Part shown: positions 1-9,446 of the stretch, in pieces
Numbering within the stretch: position 1 is the stretch's first letter
Layout of the letters: every line of letters begins with the position of its first letter
Origin: an uncultured Chromatiaceae bacterium
GTDB taxonomy: Bacteria; Pseudomonadota; Gammaproteobacteria; Steroidobacterales; GCA-2729495
Direction of reading: 5' to 3'
DNA: 64,000 nucleotides
Assembly (NCBI GenBank): GCA_964629475.1
Contig: CAZVQW010000015.1
Span: 7,248-71,247, forward strand
Notes under the pieces: generated by a model
Told to the model about the DNA's origin: nothing
Database searches by the model: none
What the model saw: the letters and a program-made list of their open reading frames with translations, nothing else
Translations under genes and position numbers: made by a program

Positions 1-1
1 A

Positions 2-277
2 CACTGTCTAAGCACCGGGATCGACCCGCAGGACGTGCGATTGATTCACGCTCGTTACGATGCATACCGTGACTTTACCGAGAAGAATTCCGGTTCGGCA
101 ATTCCACTGGAGCAATGGTTTCGCTTTTATCATCTGGAAAAGAACTCGGAGGGGCTGCAGGCGGGTGCGCCCGCGGACGGTTGTTCGGCAGATGGAGATG
201 CGGTCAATAATGCCTGCCTGCTGCGTCCGGTTGAATTTCTTGAAGCGTTAATAGCCTACGATGCAGTGAGAAAATAG
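2..277 (+). CDS. C-terminal fragment of an unidentified protein; the frame is open from the window edge
   Basis: Frame 2 is open from nt 2 to the stop at 275-277. The listed ORF 35..277 starts at an internal GTG. No family recognised. Confidence 0.35.
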   Translation, partial: HCLSTGIDPQDVRLIHARYDAYRDFTEKNSGSAIPLEQWFRFYHLEKNSEGLQAGAPADGCSADGDAVNNACLLRPVEFLEALIAYDAVRK

Positions 278-361
278 ACTCTTGCAAGTCTTCTCATCGG
301 TTCAGCCGGCAAATAATTATTTGAACTTTTGGGCATGTCTGAGGGGGCAGGTCACCCGAAC

Positions 362-391
362 TTGGTGACCTGCGGAAAAATTCTCTATAAT
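362..391 (+). promoter_or_regulatory. Candidate sigma70 promoter for tRNA-Ser
   Basis: TTGGTG (362-367), an 18-bp spacer, then a perfect TATAAT (386-391), 11 nt upstream of the tRNA 5' end. Confidence 0.4.
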
Positions 392-402
392 CTGCGCACC
401 AC

Positions 403-493
403 GGAGGGATGCCGGAGTTGGCCAAACGGCCCTGATTCGAAATCAGTGGGTGGCGCAAGCCGCACGGGGGTTCGAATCCCTCTCCCTCCGCCA
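403..493 (+). tRNA. tRNA-Ser (anticodon CGA), class II with a long variable arm and encoded CCA
   Basis: The acceptor stem GGAGGGA/TCCCTCC pairs fully. The anticodon loop is TTCGAAA (anticodon CGA). The variable arm is GGGTGGCGCAAGCCGCAC and the T-arm is GGGGG-TTCGAAT-CCCTC. It ends in GCCA. Confidence 0.9.
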
Positions 494-549
494 TTACAAT
501 CTCGGGGTCAGTTCCTTTTCCACGCCTATTGTTCCTTTCAGGAGAAATC

Positions 550-1227
550 ATGAAGTATCGTTCGTTAATTATTCTGTGGTTGGTGGTATTCCTGTTCGCC
601 GGTTCGCCTGCGACGGCAGCCGATGACGAGCTCGAGACGGAAGACCAAAGGGTTTTTTATTATCTGGGTACTGCGCTGAGCGGCAACCTTGGTGCGCTGA
701 GCCTGACGGCAGATGAGCTGGCGCTGATTCAACGTGGAATGAGTGATTCGTTGCTCGGCGAGCCGATCCCGCTGGATGCGGCTGTCTACGGTCAGAAGCT
801 CAACGAACTCATACAGCAGAGGATGCTGGCCACCGCCGAGCAGGAAGCTACGGCATCCGCTGAATATATTGCCGGCATGGCAGCCGAAGAAGGTGCCATG
901 ACCACGGATTCGGGTCTCGTTATTGTGGAAGTCGTGGCCGGAACCGGTGCGTCACCGACTCCCGATTCGACGGTCAAGGCACACTATCATGGGACGTTGC
1001 GTGACGGGTCGGTGTTTGACAGCTCGGTGGAACGCGGTCAGCCGTTTACCTCATCTCTGACAAGCGTCATTCCGTGTTGGCGAGAAGCGATCCCGCTGAT
1101 GAAAGAGGGTGGCAAGATCAGGGTCACCTGTCCGGCGGAACTGGCCTACGGTAATCGTGGCAGTGGCGCGATTCCGGGCGGCGCGGCGTTGACCTTCGAG
1201 GTAGAGTTGCTCGAGGTCGTTAACTAA
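550..1227 (+). CDS. FKBP-type peptidyl-prolyl cis-trans isomerase, periplasmic (FkpA/FklB-like)
   Basis: Signal-like N-terminus MKYRSLIILWLVVFLFAGSPATA. C-terminal FKBP domain (HYHGTLRDGSVFDSS...GAALTFEVELLEV). AGGAG lies 5 nt upstream of ATG 550. Confidence 0.85.
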   Translation: MKYRSLIILWLVVFLFAGSPATAADDELETEDQRVFYYLGTALSGNLGALSLTADELALIQRGMSDSLLGEPIPLDAAVYGQKLNELIQQRMLATAEQEATASAEYIAGMAAEEGAMTTDSGLVIVEVVAGTGASPTPDSTVKAHYHGTLRDGSVFDSSVERGQPFTSSLTSVIPCWREAIPLMKEGGKIRVTCPAELAYGNRGSGAIPGGAALTFEVELLEVVN

Positions 1228-1268
1228 ACCCGGCAGAACTGGCGCCGGGACACCAGTGTTCTCAGGGG

Positions 1269-3407
1269 TCAGGTATTCGGGACTGGGGTAAAGTTCCGCG
1301 ACTCTACCAGGAAGGCATTCTCCAGGGTCTCGGCCGGCAGGGGTTTGCTGATCAGGTAGCCCTGAATCTGGTCGCAACGTTGTTTGTGCAGGTATTTTCT
1401 CTGTGCCTCGGTTTCGACCCCTTCCGCGACGACCTTCAGATCGAGGGCGTGTGCCATGGCAATGATTGCGGCGCAGATTGCCGCATTCTCACGATTCGTT
1501 TCGAGGTCCATGACAAACGAGCGATCGATTTTTAATGTGTCTATCGGCAGCTGATTCAGGTAACTCAGCGAAGAGTAGCCAGTGCCGAAATCATCCATAG
1601 CCAGAGAGGTGCCGGCTTTCCTGAGTTTATTCAGGGTAGCAATAGTTTCATTGACATCGTTCATCAGGATTGTTTCGGTCAGCTCGAGTTGCAGGCTGGT
1701 TGGACTGAGACCCACATCGAAAACCTCTTTGAGCACAATATTCGCAAAATCATTATTGAAGAGTTGCTGACTGGATACGTTGACAGCAACATTGATGCTG
1801 CACTGATAGCGATCCTGCCATACTTTGATCTGGTGACAGGCATTGCGCAGCACCCACTTGCCCAGCGATGAGATAAGTCCGCATTCTTCGGCCAGCGGTA
1901 TGAAATTGGACGGTGGGATATCACCTCGTTCGGGGTGATGCCAGCGGAGTAGCGCTTCAACACCGTAGAGTTCACCGGTTTCAAGATCAATTTTTGGCTG
2001 GTAATGCAGGTCAAGTTCATCTCGCTGAATCGCATAACGCAGTCCGTTCTCGAGTTCGAGGCGTTCCAGTGACCTCAGGCTCATTGTGCCCGAGTAGAAA
2101 CGAACACTGTTGCGGCCGGCACTTTTGGCCTGATACATTGCAACATCCGCATTCTTCAGCAGCGTGTCTAAATCGTCACCATCACGCGGGTAGAGCGATA
2201 CACCGATGCTGGATGTTACGACGAATTCGTGGCCGAGATGCTCGACGGGTTTGGTTAATTCATTACGAATCCGGTCGGCAACTACCACTGCATCATCCTC
2301 CGACTCAAGATCCTGCAGGATCGCGACGAATTCATCACCGCCAAGTCGTGCCAGGTGCAGGCGCGATTCCTTGGAATCTGCACGTGCGATGCAATCGTCG
2401 GCACGTATGCATTGATCCAGGCGTTTGGCGATCGTCTTCAGAACGACGTCGCCGAAACTGTGTCCGAGTGTGTCATTAATACGTTTGAAGTTATCGAGAT
2501 CGATGTAAAGCGCGGCGACTTTTGTCTCATTCTTGCTTGCACGTTCGATCGCACCGGACAGTTGCTGATGAAATAGTTGGCGATTCGGTAGTCCGGTCAA
2601 CGTGTCGAAATATGCAAGCCGATGAACCTCTTCCTCTGTACGCTTGCGATCCGTAATCTCGCGTACGATGGCCAGCGTCAGGTCATTCAGATAGGGGACC
2701 ATTTGTAGTTCGTAATGAAATGTCTGGTCATCGTGACTCAGCGAAAATTCACATTGCCGGGCTTTTCCGTCTCTCATGACCTTTCTGATGCTCTCAAGCC
2801 ATGTTTGAGCAATTTCCTCCGGCAGGTAGTCTCTGATATTGAGCTGGTCACCTCGCGGTTCCGGCATTGTGGCAGCTTCATTTCCGGCCAGGAAGTTGAC
2901 AATTTCACCGTTGCGGCGAATAACAAATAGTGTATCCGGCATCGCATTCAACAACGCGTTGTTTTTTGCTTCACTTGTGCGCAGGTCCCGGTAAGTATGG
3001 CTGGCGCGAAGTACGTAGCGCACGCGGTGGGAGATCAGTGACCAGTTAATTGGCTTGGGCAGAAAGTCGGTCGCACCGGCAGAGTAGGCTCGGTTAACCG
3101 ATTCGATATCTTCAAGACCTGTGGTCATTAGCACGGGTACATGAGCGCCGACCGCATCCTCCCGGATTCGCTTGCAGGTTTCGTAGCCATTCAGCTTCGG
3201 CATTTCGACATCCATCACGATGACAGCCGGGCGGTCTTGAATGAATTTCCTGAGTGCCTGTTCGCCGTCTTCTGCTTCCTCGACACGGAAGCCTGATTTT
3301 TCCAGTGATGCGCGTGCCAGCATCCTGAGTGTCGGGTCGTCATCGACGACCAGGATCAGGTCTTCGTTTGTATTGGTAGTCACTTCCATGTTCAGCTCTG
3401 GCTCCAT
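1269..3407 (-). CDS. Response regulator with REC-PAS-GGDEF-EAL architecture (c-di-GMP turnover)
   Basis: REC (LILVVDDDP...[10 protein letters not shown]), intact GGDEF ([11 protein letters not shown]), intact EAL ([19 protein letters not shown]). The start is ATG 3407 (16-nt overlap with the kinase) or ATG 3389 (2 nt after the kinase TGA). Confidence 0.9.
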   Translation of the reverse strand: MEPELNMEVTTNTNEDLILVVDDDPTLRMLARASLEKSGFRVEEAEDGEQALRKFIQDRPAVIVMDVEMPKLNGYETCKRIREDAVGAHVPVLMTTGLEDIESVNRAYSAGATDFLPKPINWSLISHRVRYVLRASHTYRDLRTSEAKNNALLNAMPDTLFVIRRNGEIVNFLAGNEAATMPEPRGDQLNIRDYLPEEIAQTWLESIRKVMRDGKARQCEFSLSHDDQTFHYELQMVPYLNDLTLAIVREITDRKRTEEEVHRLAYFDTLTGLPNRQLFHQQLSGAIERASKNETKVAALYIDLDNFKRINDTLGHSFGDVVLKTIAKRLDQCIRADDCIARADSKESRLHLARLGGDEFVAILQDLESEDDAVVVADRIRNELTKPVEHLGHEFVVTSSIGVSLYPRDGDDLDTLLKNADVAMYQAKSAGRNSVRFYSGTMSLRSLERLELENGLRYAIQRDELDLHYQPKIDLETGELYGVEALLRWHHPERGDIPPSNFIPLAEECGLISSLGKWVLRNACHQIKVWQDRYQCSINVAVNVSSQQLFNNDFANIVLKEVFDVGLSPTSLQLELTETILMNDVNETIATLNKLRKAGTSLAMDDFGTGYSSLSYLNQLPIDTLKIDRSFVMDLETNRENAAICAAIIAMAHALDLKVVAEGVETEAQRKYLHKQRCDQIQGYLISKPLPAETLENAFLVESRNFTPVPNT

Positions 3408-6235
3408 TCCGTCAGGGCATTGAGAACCTGACCATGTTCTTGTTTGACTGCTGTGAGTCGATCGCTTATGTCCTTGAGTTCATTTTTGCGAGCGGCAGTT
3501 TCCATGCTGCGACACATCTCCACAAGACGATCGGCACCGACATTGCCGCTGCTCGACTTCAGTGCATGTGCCGTCGAGTGAATTTTTTCCACGTCGCCCT
3601 GACTCAGCGCTTCCGCTATGACATCGATCAGCTCTGCCGAATTTTCCCGGTAAACATTAATGACGCGGCTGGCAAGCTCCTTGCCGTCCTCCGGGTCGAG
3701 TTCGACGATTGCTTCGAGTGCGTTCTGTCTGATTGCATCATTGGATGCAGCATTCGAGGCTGATGATTCGTCTTCTGCCTCGATCGTCGTGTCACTCATG
3801 GGCAGCCAGCAGGAGAGAACCGTCCGCAGTTCACCCATGCTAAAAGGTTTGGTCAGGTAGTCATCCATACCGACACTCAGGCAGCGCCTGCGATCCTCTG
3901 GAAGTGCGTGGGCGGTCAATGCCACGATCGGCAGATGCTTATGATCCGGGATATTGGCTTCCCATTCGCGTATCGCTTGTGTTGCTGCGTACCCGTCCAG
4001 AACCGGCATCTCACAATCCATCAGGACGAGATCAAATCGTTGACGACGAATAATTTCGACGGCTTCCTGACCGTTGCTGACTTCATCGACCTGGCATTGC
4101 ATCGTATTGAGCATGCATGTAGCGACCTCGCGATTCACCGGATTGTCTTCGACCAGCAGGATGTGACCGCCGATGAACCGCCCGGGTGATCGGGCGACTA
4201 CTCTGTCGTCGCCTCCGGTTGTTTCGTTGTGATGTGCCGTGCCTGATTCCAGAACTTGCGCAATACACTGGCTCAGGCGTGCCGGCCGCGCGGGCTTGGT
4301 GATGTGTGCCGCGACTCCGGCTTCTGTCATGCTGCGGCCACCGTCTTCGGTTGCCGCGGATGTCAGCATGATCATCTTCGTGGCATTGATTTTCGGGTCG
4401 GAGCTGATCTTGCCTGCCAGCGTTACCCCATCCATCCTGGGCATATGCCAATCGAGTATCGCAAGCTGGTAGGGTGTTCCGGCGTCGGCGGCGTCGGCCA
4501 GCTGGTGAAGCGCTGCCGGACCATCTTCGACCGCATGGGTGGTGATGTTCCAGGCAGCGAGTTGGTGCTCGAGAATTTCCCGGTTTGTGGCGTTGTCGTC
4601 GACGATCAGAATGCGCAGTGAAGCCGGATCTTTCAGGTCTGAAAGTGTCTGTTCATGCCACGCTCTCGATCCGGTCTCGAAAACTGCCGTAAACCAGAAT
4701 GTCGTACCTTTGCCCGGTTCACTTTCGACACCGGTTTCACCGCCCATTAGTTCGGTGAGTTGTCGGCAAATCGCGAGTCCCAGGCCGGTACCGCCATATC
4801 GTCGGGTGATGCCGCCATCTTCCTGCGAGAACAATCCGAATATCATCTCCTGGCTTTCCGGACGAATGCCAATACCGGTATCGCAGACTTCAAAGCGGTA
4901 ACGTGGATTACTATCGACGAAGCCATCAGTGCGAACGCGTACAATGATTTCACCCTGTTCGGTAAACTTGATGGCATTGCCGATCAGGTTAATCAGTATC
5001 TGCCGCAGGCGTGTCTGGTCGCCGCGGACGCTGGTGTCCATTTGCGGCTGTATATCGCAGATAAACTCGAGATTCTTGCTCTGTGCCCGTATCGACAGCA
5101 ATTCCGAGACACTTTCGACCACCTCGCGCAGATCGAATTCAGCCCTTTCAAGTTCCAGTTTTCCGGCTTCTATTTTAGAGAAGTCGAGAATGTCGTTGAT
5201 GATATCGAGCAGGGATTCTGCGGAAGTCTGGATTGTCTTGGCGAAATGGCGTTGTTTACTGGACAGCTCTGAGTTCAGTATCAGTTCAGTCATGCCGAGC
5301 ACACCGTTCATCGGCGTTCTGATTTCGTGACTCATGCGCGCGAGAAATTCACTCTTTGCCTGATTGGCATTTTCGGCTGTTTCTTTGGCTTTGATCGATT
5401 GGGCAATCGCATCCTTTAGTTCGCTGTTGGAAATCGAGAGCTGCTGTGCTTGTTTGTCCAGCTCGTGGCGTCCTTCCTGCAATCGTTTGTCGCGTTGTGA
5501 GATTTGTTGAAGCATCGTGTTGAAGCCATCGATCAGGCTGCCAACTTCATCGTCCCCGGTTTTTTTCGCTCGTAACGAGTAGTCATCGTTCTGTGTCACG
5601 CGGTTCATCAGGTCGGCCAATCTCTGGATTGGGCTTGATATGACCGCCTGCAACCGGAGTGACACGATATAGGCAATCCCAAATATGATGAGGATGGTAA
5701 TTGCAGCCATCCACGCAAATCGCACCAGCGTCTGGACGAGTGGATCCAGAGTCGAGCTCAAGTGGATATAGCCGATTTTTTCACGGTCAAACCAGATGGG
5801 CTGAAAGATATCGATCGAACTCAGGCCATTAAAGGACCTGACCGGTTCACGCGCCGACATCCAGCTACTGAGTTGTTGATTGCCCGCTGGCGTCATGCGC
5901 TTGCCCTGGGCGGGATCGCTGTTTTCCGACGTATAGTTTGTGATCAGGTTGCCTTCGATATCAAAGATATGCCCGCTCATGATGTTGGGCTCGGCGGTCA
6001 GTGATTTGAGTACCCGATCGGCAAGCTGGCGATCTTCGAACACAATGGCTGCCGCACTGTTTGTGCCAATGACGTCGGCGATTGTCGAGAGGTTCTGGCC
6101 GATATTTTCACGGTATGCCATGCCTTCGGTTGTGGCCTGAATCATGGCCGCGAGCAGCAAAGCGACAATTGTCGTCGCAAGTATGATGCTGACCAGCTTG
6201 TGGGCTATGGATATGTCGGCAAATTTTCTCATCAT
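3392..6235 (-). CDS. Hybrid sensor histidine kinase (N-terminal CHASE8-like sensor, HAMP, HisKA/HATPase, two REC, HPt)
   Basis: H-box [13 protein letters not shown] and G-box GTGLGLAI. Two receiver domains ([18 protein letters not shown]). C-terminal HPt ([12 protein letters not shown]). The N-terminus has two TM segments flanking about 150 aa. ATGATGA overlap with the upstream gene. Confidence 0.9.
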   Translation of the reverse strand: MMRKFADISIAHKLVSIILATTIVALLLAAMIQATTEGMAYRENIGQNLSTIADVIGTNSAAAIVFEDRQLADRVLKSLTAEPNIMSGHIFDIEGNLITNYTSENSDPAQGKRMTPAGNQQLSSWMSAREPVRSFNGLSSIDIFQPIWFDREKIGYIHLSSTLDPLVQTLVRFAWMAAITILIIFGIAYIVSLRLQAVISSPIQRLADLMNRVTQNDDYSLRAKKTGDDEVGSLIDGFNTMLQQISQRDKRLQEGRHELDKQAQQLSISNSELKDAIAQSIKAKETAENANQAKSEFLARMSHEIRTPMNGVLGMTELILNSELSSKQRHFAKTIQTSAESLLDIINDILDFSKIEAGKLELERAEFDLREVVESVSELLSIRAQSKNLEFICDIQPQMDTSVRGDQTRLRQILINLIGNAIKFTEQGEIIVRVRTDGFVDSNPRYRFEVCDTGIGIRPESQEMIFGLFSQEDGGITRRYGGTGLGLAICRQLTELMGGETGVESEPGKGTTFWFTAVFETGSRAWHEQTLSDLKDPASLRILIVDDNATNREILEHQLAAWNITTHAVEDGPAALHQLADAADAGTPYQLAILDWHMPRMDGVTLAGKISSDPKINATKMIMLTSAATEDGGRSMTEAGVAAHITKPARPARLSQCIAQVLESGTAHHNETTGGDDRVVARSPGRFIGGHILLVEDNPVNREVATCMLNTMQCQVDEVSNGQEAVEIIRRQRFDLVLMDCEMPVLDGYAATQAIREWEANIPDHKHLPIVALTAHALPEDRRRCLSVGMDDYLTKPFSMGELRTVLSCWLPMSDTTIEAEDESSASNAASNDAIRQNALEAIVELDPEDGKELASRVINVYRENSAELIDVIAEALSQGDVEKIHSTAHALKSSSGNVGADRLVEMCRSMETAARKNELKDISDRLTAVKQEHGQVLNALTEWSQS

Positions 6236-6849
6236 GTTCCGTTGCGGCTATTCATGATCTTTGCGAGCTGCAATAGTTGCGCACTGATGCCCAGACCGGC
6301 GTTTTCACTGGCGGCTATATTTATTGCAAATTGGATACGATTTTTTTCAATTTCGAGACCGATGATGCCGCCGCGGTCAATAAACTGATCGCTGTCCCCG
6401 ATAGTCAGAACCGGTTGACCGGCAGTTGCATCAAGCAGGGCGAGTTGTTGCTCGCTGCGGGTGTTGGTCAGCAGCAGGATTTGACAGTCACTGGAGGTTA
6501 TAGGGTCATCATCATGATTTTGGTGGCGACTACTATCGAAATATTTAGCTGAGATCATCCGGCCGTGTATCAGTTTGCCATCGAGCGCGGATATCGCCGT
6601 GGCGATAGGATCATCTTCTTGCAAGCATAGGGTCAAAGGTTCGCTGTGATTGGAAAATGCCTGTTTGGGCCAGGAAACAAATTTTGCGATCTTGAAAATA
6701 ATTGCTGCCTTGACTGCGTATTCGGATGCGGCCGTGCCTTCCGCGATTGCATGCGCGGGCAGCGATGTGATCAGCAATACTGCGAACCACAACACCACGA
6801 GCCGGTCGGTTCGGCGGTCGTGAGTCAGTTTATGGCGCGGCAGATTCAT
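6232..6849 (-). CDS. YfiR-like periplasmic protein (DUF4154 family)
   Basis: Signal peptide ([18 protein letters not shown]). The motif block [19 protein letters not shown] is typical of DUF4154/YfiR. Its stop overlaps the kinase start. Confidence 0.7.
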   Translation of the reverse strand: MNLPRHKLTHDRRTDRLVVLWFAVLLITSLPAHAIAEGTAASEYAVKAAIIFKIAKFVSWPKQAFSNHSEPLTLCLQEDDPIATAISALDGKLIHGRMISAKYFDSSRHQNHDDDPITSSDCQILLLTNTRSEQQLALLDATAGQPVLTIGDSDQFIDRGGIIGLEIEKNRIQFAINIAASENAGLGISAQLLQLAKIMNSRNGT

Positions 6850-6879
6850 TGTGTTCTGGTGTGTCCCGGTGTTGGGCCA

Positions 6880-8979
6880 TTAAAACCGCCACAGCAGTTC
6901 AGCAATCAACTCACGGTCAATTTCTACTGCAATATTGGCGCCTGACTCTTCATGAAATTCGAGGTGACTGGATTCAAGCAGGTTGCGTCCGACAAGGCTA
7001 AGCTCAAGAGAAGGCAATGCCTGCCACGCCAGCCGGATATCCAGCCCGACATAGCTGTCGATCTGTTGGATTTCCAGTTCGTCGATATAACGCGCCCAGA
7101 CATCGAGGTTCATCGTGTCACCGATGTTCATGTTTGATCGTAACGAGAACTGGTGTTCGGGACTGTCTTCGCCTGCTGAGTCGGGCTGCGCTCCGGGGGC
7201 GTCGCCACTGATATTCAGGTATGAATAGGCACCGTAGATTCGCCACCAGTCAGTGGCGTTGTAAGTGGCGGCGACCTCGATCCCTGTCGTGTCCTGGCGG
7301 GCCTGATTGATGAAAGTAATCAGTACTTCCGTATAGTCCCATGCACCGGGTGCGAAACAAGCCGGATTGGGCGGGATAGCGGGAGATGGAGGAACGATCG
7401 GCAAGCCGGCAGGCTGACATGTGGGTGGATACCCATCGGACCAGCGCAGTTCCTCGTAGTCGTTGTAGAACAATGCGAAATCGACGGTCATCGACTCGAA
7501 AGGTTGTGCACGATAGCCCAGTTCGTAGGCGATGACTTCCTCGTTGTCGAGTTCCGGATTACCAATGATCGTGACTGTGGACGGAACAGGGTATGGGTTT
7601 GTCGGCGAGAATGCCGGATCGACGACCCCGAGTATCCGGGCATCCTGTTCAATGCGGCTGGGTGTTCGAATCGCACGTGCAACCGAACCCCACAGGGTAC
7701 TCGTGTCACTGATCAGCCAGCCCAGACGCAGGCTCGGCGACCATTCAAAATCATTCTCCGGGCTGAAATTATTCTTCTCAACCTTCGTGCCGAGTGTCAG
7801 AAACACCTCGTTGCCGATGAGGCGAATCTCATCCTGGATAAATCCGCTGTACCTGCGCTGAGTACGTTCCACCGGATCCAGCGATATTGTTTCGTCGCCG
7901 CGTGTTTCGTCCGTAGTATTGCGCAGACCGAAGCCCCAGACGATGTCGTGGCGTGACCAGGGCCTGAAACGGTGTTGCAGGTCAAGGTCCCAGGTATCCT
8001 GATCTGACTCGGGGGCAAATCCATGACGTTCACGGTAGTCGTAATATGTTCTGATTTTGAGGCTCGATGTATCGGAATATGTGTGGTTCCAGTCGATGTT
8101 GACAAAAGCACCCTTTGGTTCGCGATCGATATCGATCGCAGTGGAAGAGGGCGGATTTATTGAATTACGCAGCACATTTTGGCCGACATCGCCTTCATAG
8201 TATTCACTCGTGATCGTCAGTGTGTCCGCCGTGCTGGCCGTCAGGTCCAGCCGACCGCCGATTCGGCCTATTTTCCAGTCATCGTAGGCATCCCCATCGG
8301 CATAGCCGTCGCGCGAAAAATACTTGCCGAACACGCGGTAATCGATGTCGTTGCCGATATCACCACCCCATTGCACATTCGTCTCGAACTTTGTCGATGT
8401 GCCGGTTGCAATCGCTGCGCTGAGCCCGTGTGTGTCTTCAGCGTTTTTGGTAATGATGTTGATGACGCCGTTGACGGCGTTGGCACCCCATAACGCCGCA
8501 CCCGGCCCACGGATGACTTCGATCCGCTCTATCGAAGCCAGGGTGGTGTCCTGAGAATCCCAATAGACGCCGGAGAAAAACGGGTCGTACAGGGTTCTGC
8601 CGTCCATCAGAACAAGCAGTTTGTTAGCGAAAATACCGTTCGAGCCGCGCACCGTCACGGCCCAGGTGCTGGCATCGACCTGTGCGACCTGTACGCCCGG
8701 AACCATACGCAGTACATCGGGTATGGTGCGTGCACCGGAACGGCGGATATCGTGTTGTGAAATAACGAAGATTGCCGCCGGCGACGTCGATAACGCCTGT
8801 GGTTTTCGTGACACAGACGTAACCGTCACCTGGAGTAGTTCTGCCAGGCTCAGGCCGATCAGATCCTCGGTTTCTGAACCTGGTGTTGTTGCTGCGTGCG
8901 CCGAAATAACTGTCAGGCTCACTAATAGGCATGCGATGAGTGATTGCCGAACCATATGCGGCACGTTGTGCGCATCCAT
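6880..8979 (-). CDS. TonB-dependent outer-membrane receptor
   Basis: Signal peptide, plug region (LSLAELLQVTVTSVSRK...IEVIRGPGAALWGANAVNGVINIITK), long beta-barrel, C-terminal aromatic residue (LLWRF). An alternative start is Met9 at 8955. Confidence 0.9.
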   Translation of the reverse strand: MDAHNVPHMVRQSLIACLLVSLTVISAHAATTPGSETEDLIGLSLAELLQVTVTSVSRKPQALSTSPAAIFVISQHDIRRSGARTIPDVLRMVPGVQVAQVDASTWAVTVRGSNGIFANKLLVLMDGRTLYDPFFSGVYWDSQDTTLASIERIEVIRGPGAALWGANAVNGVINIITKNAEDTHGLSAAIATGTSTKFETNVQWGGDIGNDIDYRVFGKYFSRDGYADGDAYDDWKIGRIGGRLDLTASTADTLTITSEYYEGDVGQNVLRNSINPPSSTAIDIDREPKGAFVNIDWNHTYSDTSSLKIRTYYDYRERHGFAPESDQDTWDLDLQHRFRPWSRHDIVWGFGLRNTTDETRGDETISLDPVERTQRRYSGFIQDEIRLIGNEVFLTLGTKVEKNNFSPENDFEWSPSLRLGWLISDTSTLWGSVARAIRTPSRIEQDARILGVVDPAFSPTNPYPVPSTVTIIGNPELDNEEVIAYELGYRAQPFESMTVDFALFYNDYEELRWSDGYPPTCQPAGLPIVPPSPAIPPNPACFAPGAWDYTEVLITFINQARQDTTGIEVAATYNATDWWRIYGAYSYLNISGDAPGAQPDSAGEDSPEHQFSLRSNMNIGDTMNLDVWARYIDELEIQQIDSYVGLDIRLAWQALPSLELSLVGRNLLESSHLEFHEESGANIAVEIDRELIAELLWRF

Positions 8980-9226
8980 TTCTCTTAACCCCGTTGCAAC
9001 AATGCCCTGTGGAAGGGCTGTCCGGACCCCTCCGGACAGTCATAGCGAGTAGTTCACACGGTTTCGGACCGGAATGATGTGATTGACTGCACATCTGAGG
9101 ATTTTGTAAAAACTGCGGAAAATCGAGAGTCTGCAACGTGGCCGGTTTGTATGCGGCCAGGAATATTGGCGGGTTGATATCGGGCTGATGCAGAAGATTG
9201 TGTGAACTGTGTCACGCAATCATCGG

Positions 9227-9406
9227 CTAGCGCTGCTTTCTGAAGAAACGTATGGGTTTTTCGTCCGCTTGTTGCGACGAGTTCTGCTCGCAAGCGGAAC
9301 ACTCATTGCTCGAGTGGGGTTTTTTACGCATGCGCCGAAACAGTGCAAAGACCACGATGGCGGCCACGATGATGATTGCGAGAATTTCCTGAGTGCCGAT
9401 GGTCAT
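9227..9406 (-). CDS. FeoB-associated Cys-rich small membrane protein (59 aa, below the ORF-track cutoff)
   Basis: My translation is MTIGTQEILAIIIVAAIVVFALFRRMRKKPHSSNECSACEQNSSQQADEKPIRFFRKQR*. It has one TM helix, a basic patch, then a CxxC. It starts 41 nt downstream of the feoB stop on the same strand. Confidence 0.6.
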   Translation of the reverse strand: MTIGTQEILAIIIVAAIVVFALFRRMRKKPHSSNECSACEQNSSQQADEKPIRFFRKQR

Positions 9407-9446
9407 TACTGGGTTATAGCCGGGTCGTCATCGGGTTGTCGACCAT

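Noticed and set aside
294-553. ORFs 294..551(-) and 329..553(+) in the track.
   Set aside because: Both lie across the tRNA-Ser gene and its promoter. Their translations are low-complexity read-throughs of the tRNA sequence.
1229-1252. Hairpin CCCGGC...GCCGGG between the convergent FKBP and GGDEF-EAL genes, considered as a bidirectional terminator.
   Set aside because: The stem is short (6 bp), the loop is 9 nt and there is no flanking T/A run. The evidence is insufficient.
9018-9039. A perfect 9-bp-stem hairpin CTGTCCGGA-CCCC-TCCGGACAG between the feo operon and the TonB-dependent receptor gene, considered as a terminator.
   Set aside because: There is no U-tract on either strand and it lies about 190 nt past the last feo-operon stop. 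It may be structural, but it cannot be called an intrinsic terminator.
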